Shown: positions 36,229 to 45,779 of the stretch, one piece after another | Numbering within the stretch: position 1 is the stretch's first letter | Layout: the number at the start of each line of letters is the position of its first letter | IMG/VR virus record: IMGVR_UViG_3300030451_004511 | Coordinates: 1-56,621 of that record | DNA: 56,621 bases | Source of the DNA: a virus | Taxonomy: Duplodnaviria > Caudoviricetes | Direction: 5' to 3' (one strand) | The notes under the pieces: generated by a model | The model's database searches: none | Told to the model about the DNA's origin: nothing | Seen by the model: only the letters and a program-made list of their open reading frames with translations | Made by a program: the position numbers and the translations under genes

Positions 36229-36407
36229 GCAATCTAGTTTTAACACGCAGAAAGGGGGACTCAATCATAATCCAAAAAGATGATGAACAACTCTGTAAAG
36301 TAACAATTACAGCGTTAGGTCCTAAACAAGTTAAACTAGCATTTGAAGCAGATTCAAAAGTTATCATTGACAGGGAAGAAATATATAATTCAAAACAACA
36401 ACAATAG
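36225..36407 (+). CDS. csrA: CsrA/RsmA-family RNA-binding translational regulator
   Basis: LVLTRRKGDSIII...QVKLAFEA...IDREEIY aligns to the CsrA signature MLILTRRxGE...QVRIG..AP....HREEIY. Confidence 0.85.
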   Translation: MSNLVLTRRKGDSIIIQKDDEQLCKVTITALGPKQVKLAFEADSKVIIDREEIYNSKQQQ

Positions 36408-36416
36408 GAGATAAAC

Positions 36417-38882
36417 ATGGAGTTAGTTTTCCTTAAAGCAAAGCAAAAGCTTGCTAAGAAAATATCGGAACAAGGTGTAACACCTTATCCACTCATTAAG
36501 AACTTTACCTCAGTTCATAAAACAATAAAGAAAGATCCAAGTAAGTTATTAACTGAACTTACAAAAGCGGCCGCAGCTGGTATGTGTTTACATAAAGGTC
36601 CTCTCAAACGCGAACTCAACCATGAACCTCGCGCGTTGATGACAGACAGAGTTGCATCAACTGAGTTACTTGTATTAGATTTTGACAACATACAAGTACC
36701 TTTACCTAAAAAACCTGACTTAAATACTCAAGATTTAGAAAACTTAGCTGAGCAACTTATACAACAAATGCCCCAGGAGTTTCATGATGTAACATACATT
36801 GCTCAAGCTAGCGCTTCTCTTGGGTACAAAAAAGATTCTGTATCCTTACATATCTTTTTTATTTTAGAAAACTCTATACATCCAAAAGTTCTTAAAGAAA
36901 CACTTAAACTATTGAATTATGAAACTGAATTTTTAGCAGAGCGTTTAACTTTATCTGCAAATGGTCAAAGTTTATCTTACAAACTTGACCCGGGTGTAGC
37001 TGACAATTCAAAAATTATTTATATTGCACCGCCAACTTTTGTAGGTGATGTAAAAGATCCAATTACAGGTCCTAGATTTGTTAAAGTCGACCGTGGTTCG
37101 TCTACCTTAGATCTTTCAGCATTATTGTTTTCAGTTAACCCCGAACGTGTTCACAACTTAGGCGTACAAATAAAAGACAACTTAAGAAAAAAATCAAACT
37201 TACCAAAGAAAGCTACTAAAACAACAACCGTCAATATAGCAGGAGAACCCCAAGAGGTATTACAAAACCCTGATAAGATGACCATCGAAGTAAGTAGAGT
37301 AGCTGAACCTTATGTTAACTGTAATGTAAATGGGGGTGACAGTGGTGGATATTATTTTTTATTAACAGACCCACATTACATGTATAACTTTAAAGGTGAA
37401 CCTATTTGGGAAATACAAAAAGCAGATCCAGACTTTTATAAAAATATCTTTGAAATATTTGCAGATAAAATAGATCAAGATAAAAAGTTAAAACCCGTCG
37501 CACTACGTGACTTTTACACTGACACTTATTACAACGGAATCTATGATGAAACAATTGAACAATTCACAGATGAGTACCCGCTTACTCCGACAAATAAACA
37601 ATCGATTGATGATTTTATGCGGTCTCATAATCGTCCTCCCCTCGATTACATTCCTGATGCTAGGGTTGTTTTTGACCCGGCTGTTAATCAAGGTATTCAA
37701 TTAGACGAAGCTCCATATTATGTAAACATGTATAGGAAAACATCCTATATGTTAAAAGAAGACTCGTCTGCACCCGAACTAGAATATGGGACAGCTAACA
37801 AACTCCATGTAGCAACACCACTATTTGCTAAGTTACTGTCTCATGTTCTTGGTGGGGGCAAAACAGAATTTGAACATTTCATTAATTGGCTTGCATACAT
37901 TTACCAACACAAAAAGAAAACAATGACAGCATGGATCTTTACAGGAGTTCCTGGTACCGGTAAAGGTTTGTTAATTCATAAAGTACTCAAGCCACTTTTT
38001 GGTGAACAACAAGTACCTATGCGAGCATTAGAAAACATAGAAGAACAATTCAACTTATACATGCGTACCGCACTCTTTCTTGTAGTTGATGAGTTTCGTA
38101 TGGGAGATGCAGGTAGTATTGGTAAAATGGCAGACAAACTAAAACACCAAATAACAGAACCTAATCTTACTATTCGCGCAATGCGTACAAATCAAATTGA
38201 GCTACCAAGTTTCTGTAACTTCTTATTTCTTACTAACAGAGCTGACGCAGTCAAGATTGAAGAAGGAGATCGTCGTTACAACGTAGGCCCCAGGCAAGAA
38301 GTAAAACTAGAAAAAACATATCCAGAACTTTTAAATGATATGGACAAACTAGAAGCAGAACTTTATATGCTTGCAGGAGTATTAACTAAGTTTAAAGTTG
38401 ATAATCGTATGGCACATACAGCATTAGAAAACGAAGCTAAGATACAAATGAAGAATGTATCTATGTCAGTACTTGAAGAGTTTGCTGCAGCAGTACGTCA
38501 ACGCAACTTAGAATACTTTACTGAGATATTAGATATACCACTTACAAACACCTTTGATGCTGGTGGCATAAGTACAGCACAACGTTACATTAAACACTGG
38601 GTTGCTACTGTAGGTGAAGAAATAGTCATACCTATGAGTCAATTTAAATTACTTTACGATGTGTTAACTGACAGCCGTAACAAACTGTCAACTCGTGACT
38701 TTACTAAAGCTATGTCGCGACTAAACATTAAGACAGCTCGTAAGCGTGTAACAAAAGACAGAGATGCATCTATACCACGAGGGGTTGTATTAACGTGGAA
38801 ATTAGATAATAATGTTCAGAACTCGTTAATTAAAGAACACTTTGATGAACGAGATAAGCAACTAGTAAAAGGAGTTAGCTAA
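36417..38882 (+). CDS. Primase-helicase (SF3/D5-like helicase C-terminus)
   Basis: LVLDFD and SLHIFF primase-like motifs; GVPGTGKG, LVVDE, LTN, DRRY. Confidence 0.8.
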   Translation: MELVFLKAKQKLAKKISEQGVTPYPLIKNFTSVHKTIKKDPSKLLTELTKAAAAGMCLHKGPLKRELNHEPRALMTDRVASTELLVLDFDNIQVPLPKKPDLNTQDLENLAEQLIQQMPQEFHDVTYIAQASASLGYKKDSVSLHIFFILENSIHPKVLKETLKLLNYETEFLAERLTLSANGQSLSYKLDPGVADNSKIIYIAPPTFVGDVKDPITGPRFVKVDRGSSTLDLSALLFSVNPERVHNLGVQIKDNLRKKSNLPKKATKTTTVNIAGEPQEVLQNPDKMTIEVSRVAEPYVNCNVNGGDSGGYYFLLTDPHYMYNFKGEPIWEIQKADPDFYKNIFEIFADKIDQDKKLKPVALRDFYTDTYYNGIYDETIEQFTDEYPLTPTNKQSIDDFMRSHNRPPLDYIPDARVVFDPAVNQGIQLDEAPYYVNMYRKTSYMLKEDSSAPELEYGTANKLHVATPLFAKLLSHVLGGGKTEFEHFINWLAYIYQHKKKTMTAWIFTGVPGTGKGLLIHKVLKPLFGEQQVPMRALENIEEQFNLYMRTALFLVVDEFRMGDAGSIGKMADKLKHQITEPNLTIRAMRTNQIELPSFCNFLFLTNRADAVKIEEGDRRYNVGPRQEVKLEKTYPELLNDMDKLEAELYMLAGVLTKFKVDNRMAHTALENEAKIQMKNVSMSVLEEFAAAVRQRNLEYFTEILDIPLTNTFDAGGISTAQRYIKHWVATVGEEIVIPMSQFKLLYDVLTDSRNKLSTRDFTKAMSRLNIKTARKRVTKDRDASIPRGVVLTWKLDNNVQNSLIKEHFDERDKQLVKGVS

Positions 38883-38896
38883 GGCTATCTAAACTA

Positions 38897-39652
38897 ATGA
38901 CCGAGCTTGTACAAAACAAGCGTCCAGATCTAATCAATATAACAGAACTGGACAAACCCACGGAAATGGGACTTATCCCCGCATGGTCGCACTCCGCTTT
39001 AAAAACCTACGAAGCCTGTTCTTATCGTTCTTACATAGCTAAAGTTAAAAAGGTACAAGAAGACTTTGGACCTGCAGCTGCACGTGGTACAGAAATACAC
39101 CAACAAGCTGAAGACTATGTAAAAGGAGAACTTGCTGAATTTCCAGACACTCTTAAAAAATTTGAATCACAATTTGAAGAACTCAAAACCCTTTTTGCAG
39201 ATGCGAAAGTAGAACTTGAAGGGGAATGGGGGTTCACTATTGACTGGAAAGCGTGTGGTTGGATGGCTCCTGATGTTTGGGGGCGTGTTAAGTTAGATGC
39301 GATTGTACATGAAACAGAAACATCAGCGCGAGTTATTGACTATAAAACAGGCAAACAATTTGGTAATGAGATAAGCCATTCACAGCAAGCTTTAACTTAC
39401 GCAATAGGAAGTTTTATGAGATACCCTGAGTTAGAAAGTGCTAATACAGAAATCTGGTATCTAGATCATGGAACAACTATGGAACAAACTTACACAAGAG
39501 ATGAAGCTATGGTATTTATGCCAACCCTTCATGAACGCGCAATAGCAATGACTACTGCTACTAAGTTTCCACCCAATCCGTCGAAACAAAACTGTCGATG
39601 GTGTTCATTCAAAAACGGAGAACATCCGATTTGCGAATGGGGTATGAAATAA
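38897..39652 (+). CDS. PD-(D/E)XK Cas4/RecB-like exonuclease
   Basis: WSHS..C, RGTEIH, KLD...IDYKTG, Q..Y, C-terminal CRWC...C. Confidence 0.85.
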   Translation: MTELVQNKRPDLINITELDKPTEMGLIPAWSHSALKTYEACSYRSYIAKVKKVQEDFGPAAARGTEIHQQAEDYVKGELAEFPDTLKKFESQFEELKTLFADAKVELEGEWGFTIDWKACGWMAPDVWGRVKLDAIVHETETSARVIDYKTGKQFGNEISHSQQALTYAIGSFMRYPELESANTEIWYLDHGTTMEQTYTRDEAMVFMPTLHERAIAMTTATKFPPNPSKQNCRWCSFKNGEHPICEWGMK

Positions 39653-39699
39653 GTATAATAACCGTTTAACAACGAACGAATAACAATGAGGAACGAAAC

Positions 39700-41064
39700 A
39701 TGGAACACATCCCTGCTTACGAGCATCAAACAGAAACTACTAACTTTATTCTTTCACACCCCCGTTGTCTTATTACATCAGATCCCGGCACTGGCAAGAC
39801 TAGAGCAGTCCTCGACGCTGTTACAAATCTTCCAGGACGAGTACTTGTACTTGCGCCGTTATCTATACTTGAGGCAGCTTGGGTTGAGGACATAAAGAAA
39901 TTTCAACCTAATATTAACTATGGAGTAGCTTATGCTAAGAATCGTAAAAAAATATTTGCCGACCCTTCGTACGAAATGGTTATCACTAACTTCGAAGCTG
40001 TCAATTTTCTACATAGAAATACAAACTACCTTGCAGGATTCGATATTATCGTTATTGATGAATTCACGGCATTTAAAAATAGAGAAGCCAAACGCTCTAA
40101 GAATCTCAAATCTTTTATCTCACACTTTACTTATAGGATTGCCATGTCTGGTACTCCTAATAGTAATTCTATTCTAGATCTTTGGCATCCTGTATTACTT
40201 GTTGATGACGGTGAGCACTTGGGCCAGCGCTTTTTTGCTTATCGTAATCAAGTATGTACACCAAAATTCAACGGCTTTGCCAATGAATGGATAGACAAAC
40301 CAGGCATTGAAGAGGCCGTTGCAGAAAAACTCAGCGACATTACTATTCGCTACAAACTAGAAGATTGCGTAGATTTACCACCTAATATCGTCCGTACTGT
40401 ACGTACACATCTTTCTCCTGAGATCCAGCAGATGTACAAAACCTTTGCTGAAGAGAGTGTTCTATACACTAAAGCAGGTACGATTAATGCTGTACACGCA
40501 GGGGCCCGGGTTAAAAAGTTACTACAACTTATCTCAGGTGGAGTTTACGATGATGAAGGACAAACACAATACTTTCATCAAGAACGCTACAATCTAGTTA
40601 TTGATCTTATCAAAGAACGCAAGCATTGCATTGTTGCATTCAATTGGAAACACGAAAGAGATGCACTTATAGAGCAAGCTGAAAAAGAAAAGCTTTCATA
40701 TGAAGTTATTGATGGTAGTGTTCCAGCAGAAAAACGTAAAGATATTGTTGCACGATTCCAGGCCGGTCAGATACGTGTGTTGTTTTGTCATCCACAATCT
40801 GCAGGCCATGGACTTACACTTACAAAAGCTACCACAGCCATCTGGTGTTCACCAACATACAATGCTGAGCACTTTCAACAGTTTAACAGACGTATACACA
40901 GAGCCAGCCAAACAGAAAAAACAGAAACCATATTGATTGCAGCACATAAAACCTGGGAGGAAGATGTGTATGCAAAATTAAATGGTAAACTAGGAAAGAT
41001 GGAGAATTTACTCCACATTCTAACAGGACTACAAAATGCCAATGAAAACACTCGAACAACTTGA
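39700..41064 (+). CDS. SNF2-type SF2 helicase
   Basis: PGTGKT, IVIDE, MSGTP, SAGHGLTL, QFNRRIHR. Confidence 0.9.
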   Translation: MEHIPAYEHQTETTNFILSHPRCLITSDPGTGKTRAVLDAVTNLPGRVLVLAPLSILEAAWVEDIKKFQPNINYGVAYAKNRKKIFADPSYEMVITNFEAVNFLHRNTNYLAGFDIIVIDEFTAFKNREAKRSKNLKSFISHFTYRIAMSGTPNSNSILDLWHPVLLVDDGEHLGQRFFAYRNQVCTPKFNGFANEWIDKPGIEEAVAEKLSDITIRYKLEDCVDLPPNIVRTVRTHLSPEIQQMYKTFAEESVLYTKAGTINAVHAGARVKKLLQLISGGVYDDEGQTQYFHQERYNLVIDLIKERKHCIVAFNWKHERDALIEQAEKEKLSYEVIDGSVPAEKRKDIVARFQAGQIRVLFCHPQSAGHGLTLTKATTAIWCSPTYNAEHFQQFNRRIHRASQTEKTETILIAAHKTWEEDVYAKLNGKLGKMENLLHILTGLQNANENTRTT

Positions 41065-41281
41065 TCTTGATATAACAGAAACAGTGGAGCAACTTAAGAA
41101 ACGACCACTTGATTCTATTGCAGCTGCTTTGGTATTTGCAATGTCAGAACTAATCGTAGCTCGTGAAGATAAAGAACCAACCGAGTTACAAGAACTAATT
41201 TTACAAGCCGGCAAGGAAGCGGTGATGTTAACAGACGGGGTGTACCTTGCACAACCTCGCGGTACGGAGACGATACATTGA
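41036..41281 (+). CDS. Hypothetical protein
   Basis: 81 aa, overlapping its neighbours in the operon. Confidence 0.6.
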   Translation: MPMKTLEQLDLDITETVEQLKKRPLDSIAAALVFAMSELIVAREDKEPTELQELILQAGKEAVMLTDGVYLAQPRGTETIH

Positions 41282-41658
41282 ACGACGAAATACGAAACAT
41301 GGATGACATGTTGAATGATCTCGCGGAAACGCGAAAAGAATTAGCTAGTTTATTAGAAAAAGAAAAGATTCTTAAATCTAAAAAACTAGAATTAGAAACA
41401 CAAATCGCAACTACACTAAAAGATCAAGGGATTGATCGAGTAGGAAATGATGCGTGTACTCTTTCTATTAAGGAAGAGATTGTTCCTACGGTGGAAGACT
41501 GGGATAAAGTTTACCAGCATATACTCGATACAAAACAGTTCGAGCTGCTGCAAAAACGTATGTCAGCTACTGCTTATAGAGAACTGTTACAACTTGGCAT
41601 GGATTTGCCGGGTGTAACATCAACGGAATTGACCCGAGTTAACTTCAGGTCAAAGTAA
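41278..41658 (+). CDS. Conserved replication-module protein (coiled coil)
   Basis: VEDWD..Y.HI...FELLQKR...PGV motif. Confidence 0.7.
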   Translation: MNDEIRNMDDMLNDLAETRKELASLLEKEKILKSKKLELETQIATTLKDQGIDRVGNDACTLSIKEEIVPTVEDWDKVYQHILDTKQFELLQKRMSATAYRELLQLGMDLPGVTSTELTRVNFRSK

Positions 41659-41692
41659 TTAACCAATATCAACGAAAAAAGGAGTACGTACT

Positions 41693-42355
41693 ATGAGTGA
41701 TATTGCACTAGTAAGTGATAAAGTCCCTGCACACGTAGAGGCTGGTGGTGGTTTAGGTAACGAAAACGTTACTGCAGACCATCTTCAAACCCCTAGGGTT
41801 AAACAACTTCAACAACTCAGCAATGAGGTGGATGAAAACCACAGTGAGTATATTGAAGGTAGTAAACCAGGTGATTTTATCAACACCATTACAAGAGAAA
41901 ACTACGGAAGAGAGATCTACGTTATGAACGTAAAGTTCACTGAAGAGTTTGTCGCTTGGAAAAAACGCGAGAAAGGTGGAGGCTTAGCAGGTACATACGC
42001 TACTGAAAAAGACGCCATCGACAGTCTCGTAGCCCAAAAAGAGAACCCTGAGGATTATGATATTACTCAGACTCAATCACATCTTTTAATTAAGAAAGAT
42101 GCGAAAACGGGTGTACTTGATACGCCATTTATCTTTGACTGTGCTTCATCGAAGCTAAGAGTGTCAAGAGAATGGAATACTCAAATTGCTCGCCTAGGTG
42201 GAGATCGTTTTTCATCTCTTTGGAAGATGTCTTCTTCACAAACCCAAAACAGAGCTGGCCAAAAGTTCTACAACATTGCTGTAGAGAACGTTGGCTGGGT
42301 TACTGACGTTGACTACGAAAGCGCTAAGAAAGTTTTCGAAAGCGTTTCTAAGTAG
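41693..42355 (+). CDS. Putative ssDNA-binding/annealing protein
   Basis: GLGNENV..DHL..PRV..LQ.LS.EV; position in the replication module; function inferred. Confidence 0.45.
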   Translation: MSDIALVSDKVPAHVEAGGGLGNENVTADHLQTPRVKQLQQLSNEVDENHSEYIEGSKPGDFINTITRENYGREIYVMNVKFTEEFVAWKKREKGGGLAGTYATEKDAIDSLVAQKENPEDYDITQTQSHLLIKKDAKTGVLDTPFIFDCASSKLRVSREWNTQIARLGGDRFSSLWKMSSSQTQNRAGQKFYNIAVENVGWVTDVDYESAKKVFESVSK

Positions 42356-42365
42356 TTAATTTACT

Positions 42366-42398
42366 TACATGGTGCGACTTATACTGTCGCATCATGTA
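42366..42398 (+). other. 13-bp intergenic hairpin without a U-tract
   Basis: TACATGGTGCGAC/GTCGCATCATGTA with one G-U pair. Confidence 0.5.
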
Positions 42399-42409
42399 TA
42401 CTCATCATT

Positions 42410-42583
42410 ATGTATATGTACACGGAATGTCCAGGTTGTAAAGAACCACAAATAAATTGTACGTGTCCCAAAGGTCAATACTGGGATCATACAACTCAAG
42501 AGTTCTACACTTGGCCAGAGTTAAAAGTATTACATAATGAGAGAAAAGGAATTCATCAACAAAATCCACAAGAAGTTACCTAA
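42410..42583 (+). CDS. Possible small Cys-rich protein
   Basis: CPGC...CTC; no clear SD; overlaps the next gene. Confidence 0.35.
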   Translation: MYMYTECPGCKEPQINCTCPKGQYWDHTTQEFYTWPELKVLHNERKGIHQQNPQEVT

Positions 42584-42926
42584 AGAAATCTACAAGTGGA
42601 AAATCAACGATCCGTATCACGGAGGTGTGCCTGACACTTTCTACTCAGGTCCAAAAGGATTTGCTTTCTTTGAATACAAATACATACAAAAGCTCCCTAA
42701 ACGAGGAACGTCTAAAATTAAAGTTGACCTTTCTGCACAACAGCGTGCCTGGCTGCAACGTCAGTATGACTACAACATACCTGTGTATTACATTTTAGGG
42801 TCCCCGGAAGGTTGTATTGTAAGTCAAGAGTTTCAAAGAGAGTTTTTTACTTTAGATGAGTTTACTCAGTGTGCCTGCACAACTGATCAATTTATAGACA
42901 AAATAATCAACATATGTTTACAATAA
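42537..42926 (+). CDS. VRR-NUC/resolvase-like PD-(D/E)XK nuclease
   Basis: MREKEF...GVPD...FFEYK...LSAQQRAWL. Confidence 0.75.
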   Translation: MREKEFINKIHKKLPKEIYKWKINDPYHGGVPDTFYSGPKGFAFFEYKYIQKLPKRGTSKIKVDLSAQQRAWLQRQYDYNIPVYYILGSPEGCIVSQEFQREFFTLDEFTQCACTTDQFIDKIINICLQ

Positions 42927-42936
42927 AGGAGGAAAT

Positions 42937-43161
42937 ATGGAATTTGACCCTGTAAATAAGCCAATACATTATAACCAAGGTGGTATTGAGTGTATTGATG
43001 CTATTGAGGCGAGTATGACGAATGAAGGTTTTTGCAACTACTGTAAAGGAAATATTATGAAATACCTTTGGCGGTGGGAAAACAAAAACAAGAAACAAGA
43101 CTTACTCAAAGCGCAATGGTATTTAAATAGGCTTATTAATTCAATAAAAGAAGATGAGTGA
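42937..43161 (+). CDS. DUF3310 (SaV/T7 gp1.7-like) protein
   Basis: DPVNKPIHY...IECIDAI...GNIMKYLWR...DLLKAQWYL. Confidence 0.88.
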   Translation: MEFDPVNKPIHYNQGGIECIDAIEASMTNEGFCNYCKGNIMKYLWRWENKNKKQDLLKAQWYLNRLINSIKEDE

Positions 43162-43438
43162 CGACGTATTACATTTTACACACCTTTCTAAAACTCTAGG
43201 GAAGTGCACAAGTATGGCCGACAGTCCATGCATTGGTGTTTGTACGGTTACACAATGGGGTGACGATCGTTGTAAAGGGTGCGGGAGGACTGCACTTGAG
43301 ATTAGACAATGGGGAAAATACTCTGATATAGAGAAAAAACTCATAAATCTAAGAAATGCCAACGAAAAGTACGCTATTAGACAGCTAAAAACTGGAAATC
43401 GCACACAACGCACGGAGAAGCCCTCTACTGCAATATAG
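43154..43438 (+). CDS. DUF1289-family Cys-rich protein
   Basis: SPCIGVC...CKGCGRT..EI..W. Confidence 0.8.
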   Translation: MSDDVLHFTHLSKTLGKCTSMADSPCIGVCTVTQWGDDRCKGCGRTALEIRQWGKYSDIEKKLINLRNANEKYAIRQLKTGNRTQRTEKPSTAI

Positions 43439-43525
43439 GGGTTTTGATACCTAGAACATTAGGTGGTATGAGAAACGTTCACCAGCGCGATTAGGTGAAG
43501 CCGTTTTTTCAAAAAGTGCCAAAAA

Positions 43526-43813
43526 TTAGCACTTCCAGCGTCTTCGCGCTTGTCTTAACCTTGAATTTGGATTTTTCGCTGCTTTTGGAAACTTTTTCAT
43601 TTGACCAGCAGATCTTGCACAAAAAGACTTCCTTCTTTTCGCTGCTTTACTACCTTTTTTTACCTTACCGGTAACAGCTGTTTTAAGTTTTGAACCAGGA
43701 TTGAGTCGACGATATGCCTTTACTCCTGCTTTTGTCATACCCGCACCAGACTTCGTAGAACGAAAGTTCTTTTTGTTTCTTGCTGGCATTTTACTTTTTC
43801 TTCTTGCGGGCAT
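43526..43813 (-). CDS. Highly basic small protein (DUF6321-like)
   Basis: GMTKAGVKAYRR..PGSKLK...RRKSFCARS...RRRWKC. Confidence 0.75.
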   Translation of the reverse strand: MPARRKSKMPARNKKNFRSTKSGAGMTKAGVKAYRRLNPGSKLKTAVTGKVKKGSKAAKRRKSFCARSAGQMKKFPKAAKNPNSRLRQARRRWKC

Positions 43814-44096
43814 TTGTTCTCCTTTTTCTTACAATAGTTTTTACATTTCTTGGTTTACCACCTGGGTTACCAGCTGCACGCTTACGTTTTACCGCGCTGC
43901 GCTTTTGTGCTGCAGTCATTGTACGAGCTTTTGACCGTGGCACACACTTTGGATATTTACGTTTGCTTTTACCTTTAGCAGACTTCCTACCACAAGCTTG
44001 ATACTTACCCTTTTTCTTTGGTGCACCGATATCAACCCAGTCACCTTTAGGGCCTTTACCAAACCATGCAGTCAAACCGCCTGTAGGTTTAGCCAT
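43791..44096 (-). CDS. Highly basic small protein
   Basis: GGLTAWF...WVDI...CGR...YPKCVP. Confidence 0.75.
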   Translation of the reverse strand: MAKPTGGLTAWFGKGPKGDWVDIGAPKKKGKYQACGRKSAKGKSKRKYPKCVPRSKARTMTAAQKRSAVKRKRAAGNPGGKPRNVKTIVRKRRTNARKKKK

Positions 44097-44275
44097 TACC
44101 TATATCCACCACCACGTTTTTTATAAGTACGAACTAACCAACCGTTGGCATATGCTGAAGGATATACCTTAAACTTACGTTTAGCTTCAGCCTTTACCCT
44201 TGCATATAAGCTTGGGTTAGTTGGAGTTGCACCTTTTCTTTTAGTGGTTTTCTTTTTTGTTGCTTTCCTTGGCAT
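44096..44275 (-). CDS. Highly basic small protein (59 aa, not in the ORF track)
   Basis: MPRKATKKK...PTNPSLYARVKAEAKRKFKVYPSAYANGWLVRTYKKRGGGYR; TAATG overlaps at both ends. Confidence 0.75.
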   Translation of the reverse strand: MPRKATKKKTTKRKGATPTNPSLYARVKAEAKRKFKVYPSAYANGWLVRTYKKRGGGYR

Positions 44276-44460
44276 TATTTCTTCTTCCTTGGACGTCCCC
44301 TTTTCTTAGGAGGTTCCGGTTTATATCTTTGTTGACCCCATTTAATGAGGCTTGAATAGCTTTCTTTTACTTTAGTAAGAAACTTATACATATATTCCAT
44401 ATAAAAAACTCCAGCCATAATTAATGCGGCTCCTATAATAGTACACGAAATTACGGTCAT
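44275..44460 (-). CDS. Small membrane-anchored protein with a basic, AT-hook-like tail
   Basis: N-terminal TM segment; C-terminal KKRGRPRKKK. Confidence 0.6.
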   Translation of the reverse strand: MTVISCTIIGAALIMAGVFYMEYMYKFLTKVKESYSSLIKWGQQRYKPEPPKKRGRPRKKK

Positions 44461-44708
44461 TTTCTCCTTCTTCGCGCAGTTTTTGTACGTTTAAAGGACC
44501 TATTCGATTTCTTTGATTCCATGCGAATATTCTTTACTTTCGCATTTAGAGGGTTGTTATCTTTGTGTGCTACGTCTTTACCATCACCTTTCTTTGCTTT
44601 GCCCAAACGCACCATAATACGTCTAGACTTATTACGTCCAGCTCTACGTTTCTTTTGTTTAGGTTTAGAGTGATAATTATCGTATTCTTTACGATAGTTA
44701 CGAGGCAT
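44457..44708 (-). CDS. Basic HNH-like small protein
   Basis: RNYRKEY...GDGKDVAHKD...N.R...NRS. Confidence 0.7.
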   Translation of the reverse strand: MPRNYRKEYDNYHSKPKQKKRRAGRNKSRRIMVRLGKAKKGDGKDVAHKDNNPLNAKVKNIRMESKKSNRSFKRTKTARRRRK

Positions 44709-44710
44709 CT

Positions 44711-44902
44711 CTACTTACCGACTTTTTCCTGCGCTTTTTTGTGCGCAGCTCTAAAAGTATCTCCCATAAGCATACGTCTTTTCATAAAAGCCATATGTTT
44801 TGTAGTGTGATGTTTTGAATGCCGTTTCATAGCATTCTCCTGCCTTTTGGTAAGGGCTTTCTTTTTGACCTTCATTGCAGGTCTTTTTTTAGTTCTTGGC
44901 AT
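44711..44902 (-). CDS. Highly basic His-rich small protein
   Basis: LTKRQ..MKRHSKHHTTKHM...AHKKA. Confidence 0.7.
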   Translation of the reverse strand: MPRTKKRPAMKVKKKALTKRQENAMKRHSKHHTTKHMAFMKRRMLMGDTFRAAHKKAQEKVGK

Positions 44903-45045
44903 TATTTACGTTTAACTCCACGTCCCATAAGAACATCAGCATAAGTTACTTTCCCATCTTTATTTAAGTCAGGAAATTTCATTTTGCTTTTCTTTCTTTT
45001 GTTTTTGCGAGCCTTTGCAGCTTGCATGTATTTTTCGTTAGCCAT
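44902..45045 (-). CDS. Basic microprotein with an EF-hand-like loop (47 aa, not in the ORF track)
   Basis: FPDLNKDGKVTYADVL; GGAG SD. Confidence 0.65.
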   Translation of the reverse strand: MANEKYMQAAKARKNKRKKSKMKFPDLNKDGKVTYADVLMGRGVKRK

Positions 45046-45262
45046 CTGGTTTCTCCGATGTTGATATTAAAAAATCAATGATTTTTATTTTATCGTTTAC
45101 TTCTGCTAGTTGTCCAACTAATTTATCTAACTCAACACTGTATTCTATGTGTTCAGGTATGCTAGTTGGATTGTTCAACAGCACTTCTAAATCTAGACTT
45201 ATTTTAGCACGTTCTCCGTGCAACACTTCCTTTTGTGCGCAAAGCACTCCTAGCTTATTCAT
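45038..45262 (-). CDS. Small coiled-coil protein
   Basis: 74 aa; LNNPTSIPEH motif. Confidence 0.65.
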   Translation of the reverse strand: MNKLGVLCAQKEVLHGERAKISLDLEVLLNNPTSIPEHIEYSVELDKLVGQLAEVNDKIKIIDFLISTSEKPDG

Positions 45263-45268
45263 AGTTAC

Positions 45269-45367
45269 CTACTTCTTTTTCTTTTTAGTCTTTTTCTTGC
45301 CGTAAGACATTTTCATAGGTTTAGCTTTTTTAGTCATAGACTTCTTTTTACCGTATCCGTATGCCAT
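45269..45367 (-). CDS. Lys-rich micropeptide (32 aa, not in the ORF track)
   Basis: MAYGYGKKKSMTKKAKPMKMSYGKKKTKKKKK; GGAGG SD. Confidence 0.6.
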   Translation of the reverse strand: MAYGYGKKKSMTKKAKPMKMSYGKKKTKKKKK

Positions 45368-45402
45368 GTTTATTCCTCCGCAATGCATATGTTTATATTA
45401 CC

Positions 45403-45774
45403 TTATTGTGGTTTAGTTGGCCACACTACACTATCAATATCTGTTACTGATGAATTAGTAGCAGGCACGTCCCGTAGAGCTTGTCTGTATGTAGCCCATT
45501 CTGTCTTTTTTTCTGTTGTTAAGGGGCTATCAGGACTTTGAGTCCAATCTGAGTCTTCTAATAGTCCATTTCTTATAGTTCTAACAACTGGGTTTATATC
45601 AGGTGTATATTCTGTTGGTACACCATTAATAATTTTATATTGTAATCGATCATGGTACCCCTCTATAATTCCATCTCCAGAATTAAGAAGAATATCATTT
45701 AAGTCTGTAAGCCCTTGAGAGCTACCATGACTATGTATTAAACCCGTTTCAATATCGTATACTGTGTATTCCAT
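45403..45774 (-). CDS. Tail fibre assembly chaperone
   Basis: RNGLL..SDWTQ.PDSPL...W..YRQALRD.P...WP.KP. Confidence 0.8.
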   Translation of the reverse strand: MEYTVYDIETGLIHSHGSSQGLTDLNDILLNSGDGIIEGYHDRLQYKIINGVPTEYTPDINPVVRTIRNGLLEDSDWTQSPDSPLTTEKKTEWATYRQALRDVPATNSSVTDIDSVVWPTKPQ

Positions 45775-45779
45775 AATCT

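Noticed and set aside
38897-39652. Cas4 as part of a CRISPR-Cas system
   Set aside because: No cas1/cas2 or array; this is a typical stand-alone phage replication nuclease.
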